Below the pieces are notes generated by a model, which was given only the letters and a program-made list of their open reading frames with translations, had not been told where the DNA came from and did not search any database. A stretch of DNA of 62,840 bases, filler included, from Stramenopiles sp. TOSAG23-3 (Eukaryota), in assembly GCA_900128585.1 (NCBI GenBank). It is 7 parts of 7 records of this genome, joined end to end, with 100 filler letters (N's around TTAATTAATTAA, not from the genome) between each part and the next. Parts side by side here need not be neighbours in the genome. Positions count along the whole stretch, not along the records: positions 42,880 to 57,048 come from LT642584.1; 6 more parts are not named here. One strand, given 5' to 3'. Every line of letters begins with the position of its first letter. The first letter of the stretch is position 1. The position numbers were made by a program, and so were the translations under genes. Of the stretch, positions 45,801 to 56,317 are shown one piece after another.

Positions 45801-46617
45801 TCTTACCGCAACAAGGTTTTGCACCTGTTTGCGCAAGAAGCGCTGTGGGCCTGCGCATTGTATGCATTAGATCGTAACGCTGAAAAAAATAGGAACTTGA
45901 AAAAGGGGGAAAACGCGAAAGGCCAAAATCGGTTTTATTCTGTTTCTTCCTTGTTGGAGCATGTAATATTTTTGGACAAGTTGATGTCCTTCGAATTACT
46001 ACCTCGTATTACAGAAGATGATCCAACGCGGAGTTTTCATGTCAACGTCGTACCAGAGCATTCGCCCTGGATCAAATTTGGACAATTACAAGTCAAAACG
46101 TACAGTACAAATAGCCTCTGCTGCATCCAGTGGCGTGGACCCTTACTTAGAGAATTTAGCAGTAACGCTGGCACCAGATGGGGAGCGATTGTTCGGTTTG
46201 CTTTGCAGCATTGTTTGGCCGTTTATCGACGGTTACTATTCGGTAAGTTTCTGTCTTTCCACCCTTGTCCCACCGGCTTTAACGCAAGGTACAAAGACGT
46301 TTATGGATCATGTTCAGTTATTTGCGGAAAAGATGTACAGTGACGGGATAAGCGAGTTTTACGAGAGTTGTGCGTCAAGCACTATAAGTAATGCGATCTC
46401 AAGTTTTGTGTCTATGGGTGTACTGCGCAAAGGCAACCCGGATGTAATACAGCTGGGACACGATTATCAGTCGCAGCAAGATGTGGAAGCGTTTCTAGAG
46501 CAGATAATATTTTTTCGGAAAGGTCATCTGGGAGCACTAAGCAGTGGCAATTCTGATGCGTCGAAAATAGCAAAATTCCCAATGCTTGCTAAGAAATTTG
46601 GCAGATCAAACTTGTAG
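42882..46617 (+). CDS. Fatty acyl-CoA reductase fused to DHAP/G3P acyltransferase (FARAT-type), 5'-partial, with a frameshift near 45985-46020
   Basis: FAR: GATGFLGK, HCAA, YTLTK, VRPTII, PVPGWID, DIIPVD. Acyltransferase: PSHRSYVD, GAFFIKR, FFLEGTRSRTGK. The C-terminus continues in ORF 46018-46617 and ends -SNL. Confidence 0.9.
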
Positions 46618-46929
46618 TCATTCGATCTGAATATCAGGCAACGAAACCATCGCTGCCTCCGGCCTCTGAAGAACTGAAGTGTCAGGAGCGAGAGGGGGAA
46701 AATGTAAAGTACGAAATAATGCTTGTAAGAAACAAGACAAGTTTTAAATGTTCAATAATACGAGGTACAAACTAAAATTTCATAAAACATTTCAAGAGGT
46801 AGTCATACTTTTTATAATTTTACGCTTTTAGTTAAAAGCAAATCTAAAAATAACACCCAGCCATTTTTTTTTTAAATTTAACAACTTTCGAAAATACTAA
46901 TTTATATAGCTTTGTGATGTGAGCTTTGC

Positions 46930-47388
46930 TTACACTAAAGTATACTCTACGTTTGAAATATTTAGTTCTACGTTTCCCTCGGGTAAATATGCAAAGGTCT
47001 CCTGTGCTTCAAACAACTTGCCCCATTTGTCTACAATCAGCCTGATATAATTTTCAAACATTTCCACCTTTCCATTCTCTATCTTTACGTATTCACAATC
47101 CTTCAAAATGTCAATTTGCTCGTTCCTAGCGCTGAATATGACAGAAGCAGTGTCATCTGCAAGTAGTACTTCAGCAACATTTATCACGGTTCCATTTGGA
47201 AATTTGCGTTGCGCAATTGCAACAACATCTATTACCCTAACTATCATGCTAACCCCGGTCTTTCCTGGGCATAGATCGATTACTTTATCAGCACTTGCAT
47301 CTTTTGTTGGGCGACGAGCCGACAATATGGGTTTCTCCTGAGTTGGATTTGAAACTGCAGAACTAGGAGAGTTCAATAAATCCGCCAT
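46930..47388 (-). CDS. Single OB-fold nucleic-acid-binding protein (SSB-like)
   Basis: V.DL.PG..GV...V.V, VAEVLLADDTASVIFSARNEQID, NGKVEMF...IRL.VDKWG, NISNVEYTLV. Confidence 0.88.
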   Translation of the reverse strand: MADLLNSPSSAVSNPTQEKPILSARRPTKDASADKVIDLCPGKTGVSMIVRVIDVVAIAQRKFPNGTVINVAEVLLADDTASVIFSARNEQIDILKDCEYVKIENGKVEMFENYIRLIVDKWGKLFEAQETFAYLPEGNVELNISNVEYTLV

Positions 47389-47555
47389 CCTTAGTACAAT
47401 TAATCTATTGGTTCTGAACCTATATTAATGCGCACCTGCAATCCACTCTTCAATTGTAAAAGCTACAAAACAGACACTTTTCGTTCCATAATTCTACATC
47501 TAAGTGAACAATCTAACGTGTCTATTAGTTACAGTTGCATTTCAAATCAAGAATG

Positions 47556-47812
47556 AGAAGAAGAAAAAAGAACGAAGAGGGAGGAAGGGAAAAAAAAAAA
47601 AAGAAAAAAAAGAAGAAGAAAAAAAAAGAAAGAAAAAAAAAGAAGAAGAAAGAAGAAGAAGAAAGAAGAAGAAGAAAAAAAGAAAAAAAGTAGGAGGAAG
47701 AAAGAAGAAGAGGAGGAGAAGAGAGAGAAGAGATGATGATGATTTGTGGAGGAAGGAAGAAGAAGGATTATTAAAAAAAAAAAACAAGAAGAAGAAGAAA
47801 AGAAAGAAAGAA
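47556..47812. repeat. Purine-rich (GAA/A)n tract in divergent intergenic region
   Basis: Seen directly. Confidence 0.9.
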
Positions 47813-48653
47813 GGAGTGTCGTTCGCACAAATAACCCTAACATTAACATTCATCGTCTGCTATGTGGAATTTTGTTATACACCATATACCGTACGGTACC
47901 ATTCCGATACGGTATTCTATTCTATTATGAACGCACTCGTACACTACGAATCAAATAGCATAATATTATACAAAAGAATAATGAACTTATACTTATTATT
48001 TTTTCCTCTCTTCTTCTCTCCTCTTCTTCTCTTAGCGAACGTGAAGAAGAAAAAAGGAAAACGAATGGTTTTCTTCTTTTTAAGTAATATCTTGTAGAAA
48101 TAATTTATCAATTTTTTTTATTTTATTTTTGTTTTATATAAGTAAAGTATGTATGCACGATATTACGTAAGTTCAATTATATATGCTTTTATGTTAAATA
48201 CAATTTAATTCAACCACCCGTATCGACCACTGACACTACTCCCCTCTTCGTCTCTCCTGACAGACAAATGCGTTACTTTCTATTTCAGAGGAAGCGGTGC
48301 GTTGTTGTGTCATTATTAGGATTGTCCTACATATTTAGCACTGGAATACAATAGAAGAAGCTAAAAGAAAATCAAAATAATAATGTAATATAATAATAAT
48401 AAAAACAACGAGAGAAAGAAAAAGAAGAGGAGAGAGGAAGAAGAGAAGATAGAAGATTTATTAGACGTCTTACAATTCTTCTGATTCCCAAATCGGCATT
48501 TGTTGAGGGGTGTCTGTGACCTAAGTAGAATTACGTTGTTTCCTTGCGACGATTTGCATTCCTGCCTTTGAATGCACGCCTGTCCAAGTCGGAATAGAAG
48601 TACTTGCCACTGAAGAAATTGAATAGCAACTGTTAGGACTATCTCTGCTGAGG

Positions 48654-51600
48654 ATGGATTCAGAAACGAAGACTCCAGTAGACAACGGGGTGCCAGACGT
48701 GCAAGCAGACTCTGCTAGTAGTGTTCCCGCGCCGTCGGGGGGGGCGGGGCCAACGAGCCCTGCTAAAGATCCTTCAATGCCAGACCTACAAACAGCAACG
48801 GCATCCACTAGCTCTATCCCCCAGCGCGCAAAAGTAAAAAAACGAATATCAAACGCAAAACATTGTTGTGTCATAATTAGTCCGTTTGCGTTAAACACAG
48901 ATGAAGTACTGAAAAGCCTTGTAGAAGAATACGAATTTTCGTACAACAGCGTTGACAAACTTCTTGCCGAGTCGGGAGTAGAGGAGGGGGATAATCTAAG
49001 CGCTGATGGCAAAATTATAAAACAGGTAAAAGCAGAGATCAAAAAGAATAGAAATTCGGGTTCCCTTGTGTCGGGATTCCCTTTAACAGAAGTCCAACTG
49101 AAAGCGTCCCGGGAGTTAAACATTTTTAAGTACTTTGTACTCGACGGAAAGAAAGGGAGAGAAGGAGACATGAACATAACGGAGAAGGCATTAGTCGATG
49201 GGAGGATTTTTGAACAAGCCAAATCTCGGTTTGGTAGTATGTTGTCCTCGGGCGAAGTAGGGGTTGTGGATGTTGACGATAAGGACGCCATACAGGTAGT
49301 GGAAGAGTTTAAATATTTTTTAGGACCAAGTAAACAAGAGGAAACTGCTGCCACAAAAATCCAGGCTATTCAGCGAGGGAAGAAGGCGAAGAAAGAGATT
49401 CAGGAACGAGAAGCTAGTTCGATTAAGATCCAGGCTGTGATTCGAGGGAAACATACCAGAAAAATCTTCGAAGAAAAGAAAAGGTTGAGAAAATTGCACA
49501 ATGAGCACATGTTTTTTTCGACAATTGTTGCTGCAGCCGAAAAATATGAGAAAGACTGTAAGAGCACGTTTAAGCGAAACAATTCCATTTCTGTAGAAAC
49601 CGCAAAAACAAAGTGGTGTGCGATTAATTCAAGAGGAAAGCCCGAACTGGCTGAATTTCAAGACCTTCTACAGTCTGAGGCGCAATTCGCCACTTTTAAG
49701 GCGTTGTTTGAGAGGGTCGATAAATCTGGAGAAGCCTGTCTCAACTACAAAGAATACCAAAATCTGGTTTCAGACCACGGCGGGCACCTAAGTGAGCAGC
49801 GAAGAGCAGCAGCGCACGAACTTAAAAACAAGGTAATAGTGCTGGAGTTCCTTGTAAGGAAAGATGAAATTAGGCAAATTTTTGACACACACTGCGATGA
49901 TAACAAAGAATTGGACATGGGACGGTTTCGTGGATTATTCGCTGAAAACTCACGGAAATGGGGATACGAAAGCAGCGATGAGATTAGCAACTTGGGGCAA
50001 GCTGCCATATTTGATCGAATTGATAAGGAGCACAATGGCAAGTTATCGTGGGAAGAGTTCCATGATTTTATGGATGAACTTGCGCACGGCGATGCTAGAA
50101 AAATTTCTCAAGAAGTAGTGGCAAGAAGCGCCTCATTTGAAGCAGAAAAGCGCCGCAAAGACCGCGCACAGCGGGCAAAACAAAATGCCGAACAGTACGT
50201 TTACGAAACTGCTTCGGAAGACGAGACGGAAGGAGTAAAGAAGAAACAAAATTTAGAAGAAGAGCAAGAACAAAACTTAGAAGATGAGGCAACGCCAACA
50301 AGAAGAGTCGCTATTGAACCTCCATCAGAAGATCAGAATTCCCCCCCTACGTCGCCACTGTCTCGAAAAGAAATGCTAATCTTGACTATAAGGAAATATA
50401 GGCATGGACTAAACCGGTTGTTCCAATTTTACTCGAAAGCAAACTTGGCTGACTTCAAAGGCCGCACGTTTGAGAGCATCGCGAATGACCATGCAGGTGT
50501 CAGCCTGATTATGTTTAGATTGATGATGAAAGATCTTAATTTAGTGCTTAACAAGAACTTGAAATTGCAAATTGAGGCCGCTCGAAGACGGCATGCTGTG
50601 GAGGGATTTCTGGACACACCAATGCCGTACGAAGAGCTTGCCAATGAATCAAGGCCGTACGTAACACAAGCGGTCGTAGAAAAGTGCTTCCGAAAAAAGT
50701 CAACTCTAATGAAGGGGGTGTCAGTCGTGTCGCAAGGAAAAGGTATTTTATCAAAATCACAGTTTGTTTCTGCTCTTGCCAACGTTGCGGTTGAACTATT
50801 GAGCCAATTTCCCTGGAACGAACGATATATTGAAGAATGGAGAAGAGTGGATGCAGTCTTCGCGCGGCTAGATTTCTTGGATCTTAGCAAGCTCAATCAG
50901 CGCATACGGGGGCGAGGGGGCTTTGGTGTTGGAGATGGGGACTTGACTGGTCATTTAGGTAGTTTGCCGTATGGGCAAAGGTGCAGTTTTTCTTACCCGT
51001 TGAGTGTTCCGGGAGATCCAAACACCCCAGAACCGACCGTGCCCAAAAAGAGGCGACAAGAAAAACGTTCTCGCAGGCGTTCTCCTGAACTTCGCATGAG
51101 CCCGAAGGAGGGTAGCGGAGGTCGTCGATATGTAAGGCAGGAAAATGCTTCTAAAAGTCAAAAGCATGGGACCCGGATGACTATATCCTTGGCTGCGGAA
51201 TTTGGTATTGATGACACAGTAAATGATTTCGGAAATCCGTATGGGGCCTCAGTCAATTATAATGCTGCAGCAAGCGACATGTTAAATGCACTAAATTTGA
51301 CCTATGGCGTGGACGAAGATCGGTTGCACATGGGCAATAATGAAGCTGGTCTAGGCAATTCAGTGACAGGGCGCAGAATGCTTTCCACGGATAACTCGCC
51401 ATTGGCAAGTCCTAAGCAGGGCAACAAGGCAAATTTCTATGACCAGATGGCTGAACGAAATGCATGGGCGATGACTTGGAACGAATTGGAAACGGGGAAC
51501 GACACGCGGAGGATTGCGGACTTTAATGACCATGCAAGTCAAAGACGGCGTAGAATGGAAAAGCCTCCAGAGGGTTACCAATACCGCCATGGCCCCAAAA

Positions 51601-51965
51601 ATGCTACCCGGCGGTCCGTTGCGCCTCGCGTTTCACCACGAACAAAACACATAAGCCATTCACATCAGCAGATGATGCCCCCAAAAATAGTTCCGCACAG
51701 AACATACCATGCAAACAGAGAACAGGCGTACAGCTTCCCGTCCCCCGAAAGGCCAGCAGGGCTCCATCCGCCTCGGCGAAGAACCCCGGGAAAACATATT
51801 TCAAGCAGAGAATTTGCCGATAAAAAACGTGGGGCTCGCCGAAAGAGGGGGAAATCTAGTGCAGGTCGTTCGACGTTTGGAGGTCGACCTTCCCCATCAT
51901 CAACAGAATCCCCCTCCCCAAATCCAAAGAGATCTTCTGTGAGGCGCGGGGGTCGCAGATTTTAG
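48654..51965 (+). CDS. IQ-motif and EF-hand calcium-signalling protein with a degenerate adenylate-kinase-like N-terminal region
   Basis: IQ motifs KIQAIQRGKKAKK and KIQAVIRGKHTRK; EF-hands DKSGEACLNYKE and DKEHNGKLSWEE; basic disordered tail. Confidence 0.8.
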   Translation: MDSETKTPVDNGVPDVQADSASSVPAPSGGAGPTSPAKDPSMPDLQTATASTSSIPQRAKVKKRISNAKHCCVIISPFALNTDEVLKSLVEEYEFSYNSVDKLLAESGVEEGDNLSADGKIIKQVKAEIKKNRNSGSLVSGFPLTEVQLKASRELNIFKYFVLDGKKGREGDMNITEKALVDGRIFEQAKSRFGSMLSSGEVGVVDVDDKDAIQVVEEFKYFLGPSKQEETAATKIQAIQRGKKAKKEIQEREASSIKIQAVIRGKHTRKIFEEKKRLRKLHNEHMFFSTIVAAAEKYEKDCKSTFKRNNSISVETAKTKWCAINSRGKPELAEFQDLLQSEAQFATFKALFERVDKSGEACLNYKEYQNLVSDHGGHLSEQRRAAAHELKNKVIVLEFLVRKDEIRQIFDTHCDDNKELDMGRFRGLFAENSRKWGYESSDEISNLGQAAIFDRIDKEHNGKLSWEEFHDFMDELAHGDARKISQEVVARSASFEAEKRRKDRAQRAKQNAEQYVYETASEDETEGVKKKQNLEEEQEQNLEDEATPTRRVAIEPPSEDQNSPPTSPLSRKEMLILTIRKYRHGLNRLFQFYSKANLADFKGRTFESIANDHAGVSLIMFRLMMKDLNLVLNKNLKLQIEAARRRHAVEGFLDTPMPYEELANESRPYVTQAVVEKCFRKKSTLMKGVSVVSQGKGILSKSQFVSALANVAVELLSQFPWNERYIEEWRRVDAVFARLDFLDLSKLNQRIRGRGGFGVGDGDLTGHLGSLPYGQRCSFSYPLSVPGDPNTPEPTVPKKRRQEKRSRRRSPELRMSPKEGSGGRRYVRQENASKSQKHGTRMTISLAAEFGIDDTVNDFGNPYGASVNYNAAASDMLNALNLTYGVDEDRLHMGNNEAGLGNSVTGRRMLSTDNSPLASPKQGNKANFYDQMAERNAWAMTWNELETGNDTRRIADFNDHASQRRRRMEKPPEGYQYRHGPKNATRRSVAPRVSPRTKHISHSHQQMMPPKIVPHRTYHANREQAYSFPSPERPAGLHPPRRRTPGKHISSREFADKKRGARRKRGKSSAGRSTFGGRPSPSSTESPSPNPKRSSVRRGGRRF

Positions 51966-52331
51966 TGCATCATAAGGTTTTTAGAACCCTTAGTTAAAAA
52001 CCCTGAGTGTACGAGTAAGAACTTATCTTAAAGAAATTAATTCTGTTTACTTGAGAGTTAGAATCTTGACCAGAACTTGGGAGAAACATACAAATATGTT
52101 CTGGAAATCGCTGACCGGCCTAGCCATTTAGGATTCCCAGAAGGTACACTTACAGCTGTATGTGTATACGAACCCGAAACGATCAAACTCAATACCGATC
52201 ATTATTTCATTGAGCAGTACCACAGACAACGAGCTGGAATCTTGACCAGAACTTGGGGAGGATCTGCAATAGGAGGAGATATTGTTCTTGAACTGACACC
52301 TTCCTTTTTCTTTAATTTTAATTACTATAAA

Positions 52332-52409
52332 ATAACAGCCAATTTTTCTTGTGTTTTTAATTAATTCTTACGTACTTATGATAATAAAAACAAGAAAATT
52401 GGCTATTAT
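52332..52409. repeat. Inverted pair of the dispersed motif (potential hairpin) between convergent genes
   Basis: 52332-52351 forward and 52391-52409 reverse. Confidence 0.85.
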
Positions 52410-52499
52410 TTAAGTAATTAAAATTATAGTATTTAAAATCTTATGTCAAGCACCCTGCTACTATTATACGTCGTAGACAAGTAACCCGTTGCTACATTT

Positions 52500-53525
52500 C
52501 TAACTCTTCTTTCTAATTTTCCTCTTCAAGCACTTCAACTTTGACTTGTCTACAGTGACGCCAGCTTGAAAACTTTGGCTACCAACATTCTTCGCCGACT
52601 GTATACCCGAAGCGGTCCCGTGGCCTTGGATATTGTAACCTTCAAAGTTTTCCCTGCCATTTGAACTGCTTCCTTCTTGCCGCCCCGCGGTCTCGTAAGA
52701 ATCCGGAAGAACGAAACTTCCGGTAATAGACATGCAACGCTCGTTTACCCACGACACTTCGTGAGGGATGTACTTGGAATAAACTTCGCCCAATTTACGG
52801 TACCTTTCAACAAAGTCATAATTGTGGCCGGCACCGCTTGCCATAACAGACAGCCTGCGTAAACACAAGGGGCACAAATGAACTGATCTCTGGTTCATTA
52901 AACATTTATAAATGTGGCACGGTACCATCTTGAAAATGTGCGAATATATACAACGGCTCACAAACGTGAAATATTCAGTAGGATCGGATAAGCAGCCGTA
53001 CAAAGAAATAATGCAAACCTGGTCTTCGGAATCGTACTTACAGTCGGTCCACAGTCTGTCGCCCACAAAAATTGGAGATTTTGTCACCGCAAAAAGAATT
53101 TGATTCTCTGTCTTTTTAGCTCGTTTCAGAATATCGAGAATAGCGTCTGCAAAGTAACCCCTTACTTCTTCTCCTTCGCTTTGTGTTTGTAAAGGTTTTG
53201 CTGGAAGAAAGCGCTCGCTCCCCGCAGACAAAGACCTGACAATAACTGTTTCCGCAATCCGTGGGCTGCAGAAAGCGTTTGTGTATTCAACAAGCTGCTC
53301 AAACTCGGCTCTAATATTACCAACTGGGACCAACTTTATATCAAACCTATCAATTATATCTTTCACCACCCGTGCCCTTGACTGAAAATCTTGAAACGTT
53401 TCCTGTTTCGATTGATCGTTACTATCGGAGTAGACCCAGAAACGGTCAGAAAGTTCCTGCGACAAGGCTTTCTGATGCAACCTAGTTGCCGGCTTCACGC
53501 CCATAAGAACTTTATCCCACGACAT
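52500..53525 (-). CDS. Archaemetzincin (peptidase M54)-like protein with a degenerate catalytic zinc site
   Basis: HIFKMVPCHIYKCLMN...LCPLCLRRL retains the Cys4 pattern and Met-turn, followed by FVERYRKL; no HExxH. Confidence 0.65.
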   Translation of the reverse strand: MSWDKVLMGVKPATRLHQKALSQELSDRFWVYSDSNDQSKQETFQDFQSRARVVKDIIDRFDIKLVPVGNIRAEFEQLVEYTNAFCSPRIAETVIVRSLSAGSERFLPAKPLQTQSEGEEVRGYFADAILDILKRAKKTENQILFAVTKSPIFVGDRLWTDCKYDSEDQVCIISLYGCLSDPTEYFTFVSRCIYSHIFKMVPCHIYKCLMNQRSVHLCPLCLRRLSVMASGAGHNYDFVERYRKLGEVYSKYIPHEVSWVNERCMSITGSFVLPDSYETAGRQEGSSSNGRENFEGYNIQGHGTASGIQSAKNVGSQSFQAGVTVDKSKLKCLKRKIRKKS

Positions 53526-54286
53526 TATTGGGTATTATTTTCTCGGTCCAACTATCGCACTGTACTTGGTCTCAGCTTATTTCAAAATTTGCGAAACGAA
53601 TAAGAGACTTCTTTTTGGTACAACGCACTATTGCTACTTCTTGCAAAAGAGCCACATTTATGTCTATTTAATACAGTCTTTTCGGCCATTGCACATCAAA
53701 CTCAGCTATAAAAGGTAATACCTTGGTAATATATAATAATGTGAACGAACAATTTTTTATTGGTCGGTGGTAGTAATAATATTAATACGTATTGTGTAGT
53801 ACGTAGACGACTAATATAATTAATAATAGAACGACTATAAAAATATTTTTTTTTTTTTGAATTTCAATAGTAAAATAGGAGAGGAGGAGACGTCTTCTTC
53901 GTAGTCCTACTGATACCGTACTATAATTAATATGATTATTTTTTATGATATTTTTTATTATTTGGCTAAATTTATTATTTTATAACGGTTGTGTATTTTA
54001 TGAAGAGTATGAATGAATTCTAATAAAAAAAAGGATGATGATGCTAATTGGACTAATGCTATTAATATATTATTATTACAAAATATATTTTTATTACATT
54101 ATTTTTTTAATAATATAAATATAAAAAATAATAATATAGAAGAGTAAAGTTCGTTAACGACACATTGATATTCGTTCAGACAGTATGCAATGGAATGATT
54201 ATTTTGCAAAATATGACTGGGTGTGTAACAAACGTGGCAAGATTTAGAAGAAGGGTGGTAGAGGGATCTGAGCTGGGGGAATTAAG

Positions 54287-56317
54287 ATGTTTTCGTCTTT
54301 CTGTTTTGGGAAGGCGCCTTTGAAGCAGATTAATGACAGGCAAATACATGCGTTGACAAAGTGTCTGTTGGCGAAAGTGGAGGAAAACAATGAGAAAATG
54401 CACAAAGGCACGGTTGTCTTGTCCACTGGGCTCACGAACCTGTTGCCTGCAATACAGCAAACCCGTACAGGATCAAAAACATTGTTTCGGAAAATTCGTT
54501 CTCCGGGGCCGAGAAGGCCTCAGTATTACTTCAAATTTGAAGAGCCCATTTTTGTCACCGCCGCGCGAGAAATGCAGAACAAAAGGGCGACAACAAACAA
54601 ATGCAAGAAATTGCTCAATTGGAGGAAACGGAATGACAAGCCCCGGATGGTTCTATTTCCCTACGAAACCGAGGTTGTACCAGAGCTGGACATAAAAAAT
54701 ACCGAGTTAGAAGAAGAGGACGAAGACATGACGGAGGCAGAAGTGTTACAAAATATTTTGGACGGAATTATAAATACAATCGTTCGCGACAACCCTCCCT
54801 TAAAAATTAAACAACAGAAGATATTCTTGAGCAGAGACGCTGAGATTGGAAAACTTTACTCCTTTCATAGCAAACAAGGAAAGAAGTTGATCGCGTCCCG
54901 GCTGGCGAAGGATCAAGGGCTGACTGGTGAGCTAATTGAGAACATGGACATATTTGAGTTAGAGGTACAAATTGAACGTTTTGGAGCAGTTCCGAATGAG
55001 GTAGTAAAATCTAAAAAAGGGCGTGCGCTTAAACCAAAACAGCTGGAGCGGAAAAGGCTAGGACTGATCGATCAACTCAATGCAATGATGGAGAAAAAAG
55101 CTGACGCTTTTTACAACGACCATATCATGGGGCGTACCATGGAAATAGAAAAAGAAATTGAAATAGTAAAGAGGCCACTTAAGTTTAGGATCACTGGGGT
55201 GTGTGCATGCACCTACGAAATTCATGGTCGGTGGCACCTGGCCCTGTCACTCCAATCAAAGCGAGAGAAAGAAGCTACCGACAGTGACTATACGACAGTC
55301 TCTGAAAGGATAGACGATCGATCCGAACGGGTTCCCAAGGATGCATATTCGCTTTTTACGTTTCTCATGTTGGAAGCATTATTAATGAAGTATTACATTG
55401 GCAGCATGGTCAAGAAATTCGAGCTGAAACTCCTTTTCCTCGGATGGAATAAGTGGTCGCATGTCCTTCAAACTGAAGTCCAAATGGAAGAGGCAAACCA
55501 AGGTTGTGCTCAGATGCTGAAAACAAGAATGATAAAATGGAACCGAAGAAGAAAGAAGAGGATCCAAGATGGCTTCCCGACGCCAAAGTATGTTACAAAA
55601 CATTTTCCACGGCACAAGTACAGATTCACTTATGCCATGTACCGCAAACTGAAGTCTGTTAGCATTGTTCACGCGTCCCAATTTCACTATGGGATACAAA
55701 GTGATCTGGAAAGCCATCGTTTTCTGAAGAAAACAGATGTTGCGAGCAGCGGTGGTGACCTAGATTTCCGCTTGGGCCGTGAATTTTATTTGAATAATGA
55801 CGATTCTATTGAACAATTGGAACTTGCTGGAGTTGCTTTGCCGGTAGTAATTACAAAAGATCGAGGCTGGACGTGCTCTAGATTATTTGCAAAGAAAAAA
55901 TCTGGAAGTATTGCGGCCAGTAGGAACAGAAACCCGGCGACGATTGCTGCGAACAAATACCTACCTGGACCACTGGCACTGATGGTTGAAAGCATATGCG
56001 CCGGAACGATATTCTTGACATGGATGGTTTGCAACGCATGGAAACTTCCGTTTTACTGCTACGGCATGTACGCTGGATTTAAGTATGGCGGTGATCATCG
56101 CAAGACCCGCAGACAAATCCAAAGGATCAACCAGAAGCGCGAGAAAAGGAAGAAAGCAACGGAATGGGGTGCATCGAAACGGAAAGAATTTTCCGCGGCC
56201 AGGAAATCAAAACGAAGTAAAGAGACCGAGTCAAAATATGTCGTCCGCAAATACGAAACAAAGGAACCTGAAAAGGTAGAAGAGGCACCTGTCGAGTGGG
56301 TCAACGAGTACCCATAG
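54287..56317 (+). CDS. Hypothetical basic protein, possible hydrophobic segment near the C-terminus
   Basis: 676-aa ORF with coding-like composition; no family recognised. Confidence 0.7.
   Translation: MFSSFCFGKAPLKQINDRQIHALTKCLLAKVEENNEKMHKGTVVLSTGLTNLLPAIQQTRTGSKTLFRKIRSPGPRRPQYYFKFEEPIFVTAAREMQNKRATTNKCKKLLNWRKRNDKPRMVLFPYETEVVPELDIKNTELEEEDEDMTEAEVLQNILDGIINTIVRDNPPLKIKQQKIFLSRDAEIGKLYSFHSKQGKKLIASRLAKDQGLTGELIENMDIFELEVQIERFGAVPNEVVKSKKGRALKPKQLERKRLGLIDQLNAMMEKKADAFYNDHIMGRTMEIEKEIEIVKRPLKFRITGVCACTYEIHGRWHLALSLQSKREKEATDSDYTTVSERIDDRSERVPKDAYSLFTFLMLEALLMKYYIGSMVKKFELKLLFLGWNKWSHVLQTEVQMEEANQGCAQMLKTRMIKWNRRRKKRIQDGFPTPKYVTKHFPRHKYRFTYAMYRKLKSVSIVHASQFHYGIQSDLESHRFLKKTDVASSGGDLDFRLGREFYLNNDDSIEQLELAGVALPVVITKDRGWTCSRLFAKKKSGSIAASRNRNPATIAANKYLPGPLALMVESICAGTIFLTWMVCNAWKLPFYCYGMYAGFKYGGDHRKTRRQIQRINQKREKRKKATEWGASKRKEFSAARKSKRSKETESKYVVRKYETKEPEKVEEAPVEWVNEYP

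Noticed and set aside
13883-48097. F/L/S-rich or K/R/E-rich ORFs (13883, 14001, 29700, 35787, 36997, 42608, 47504)
   Set aside because: Translations of microsatellites.
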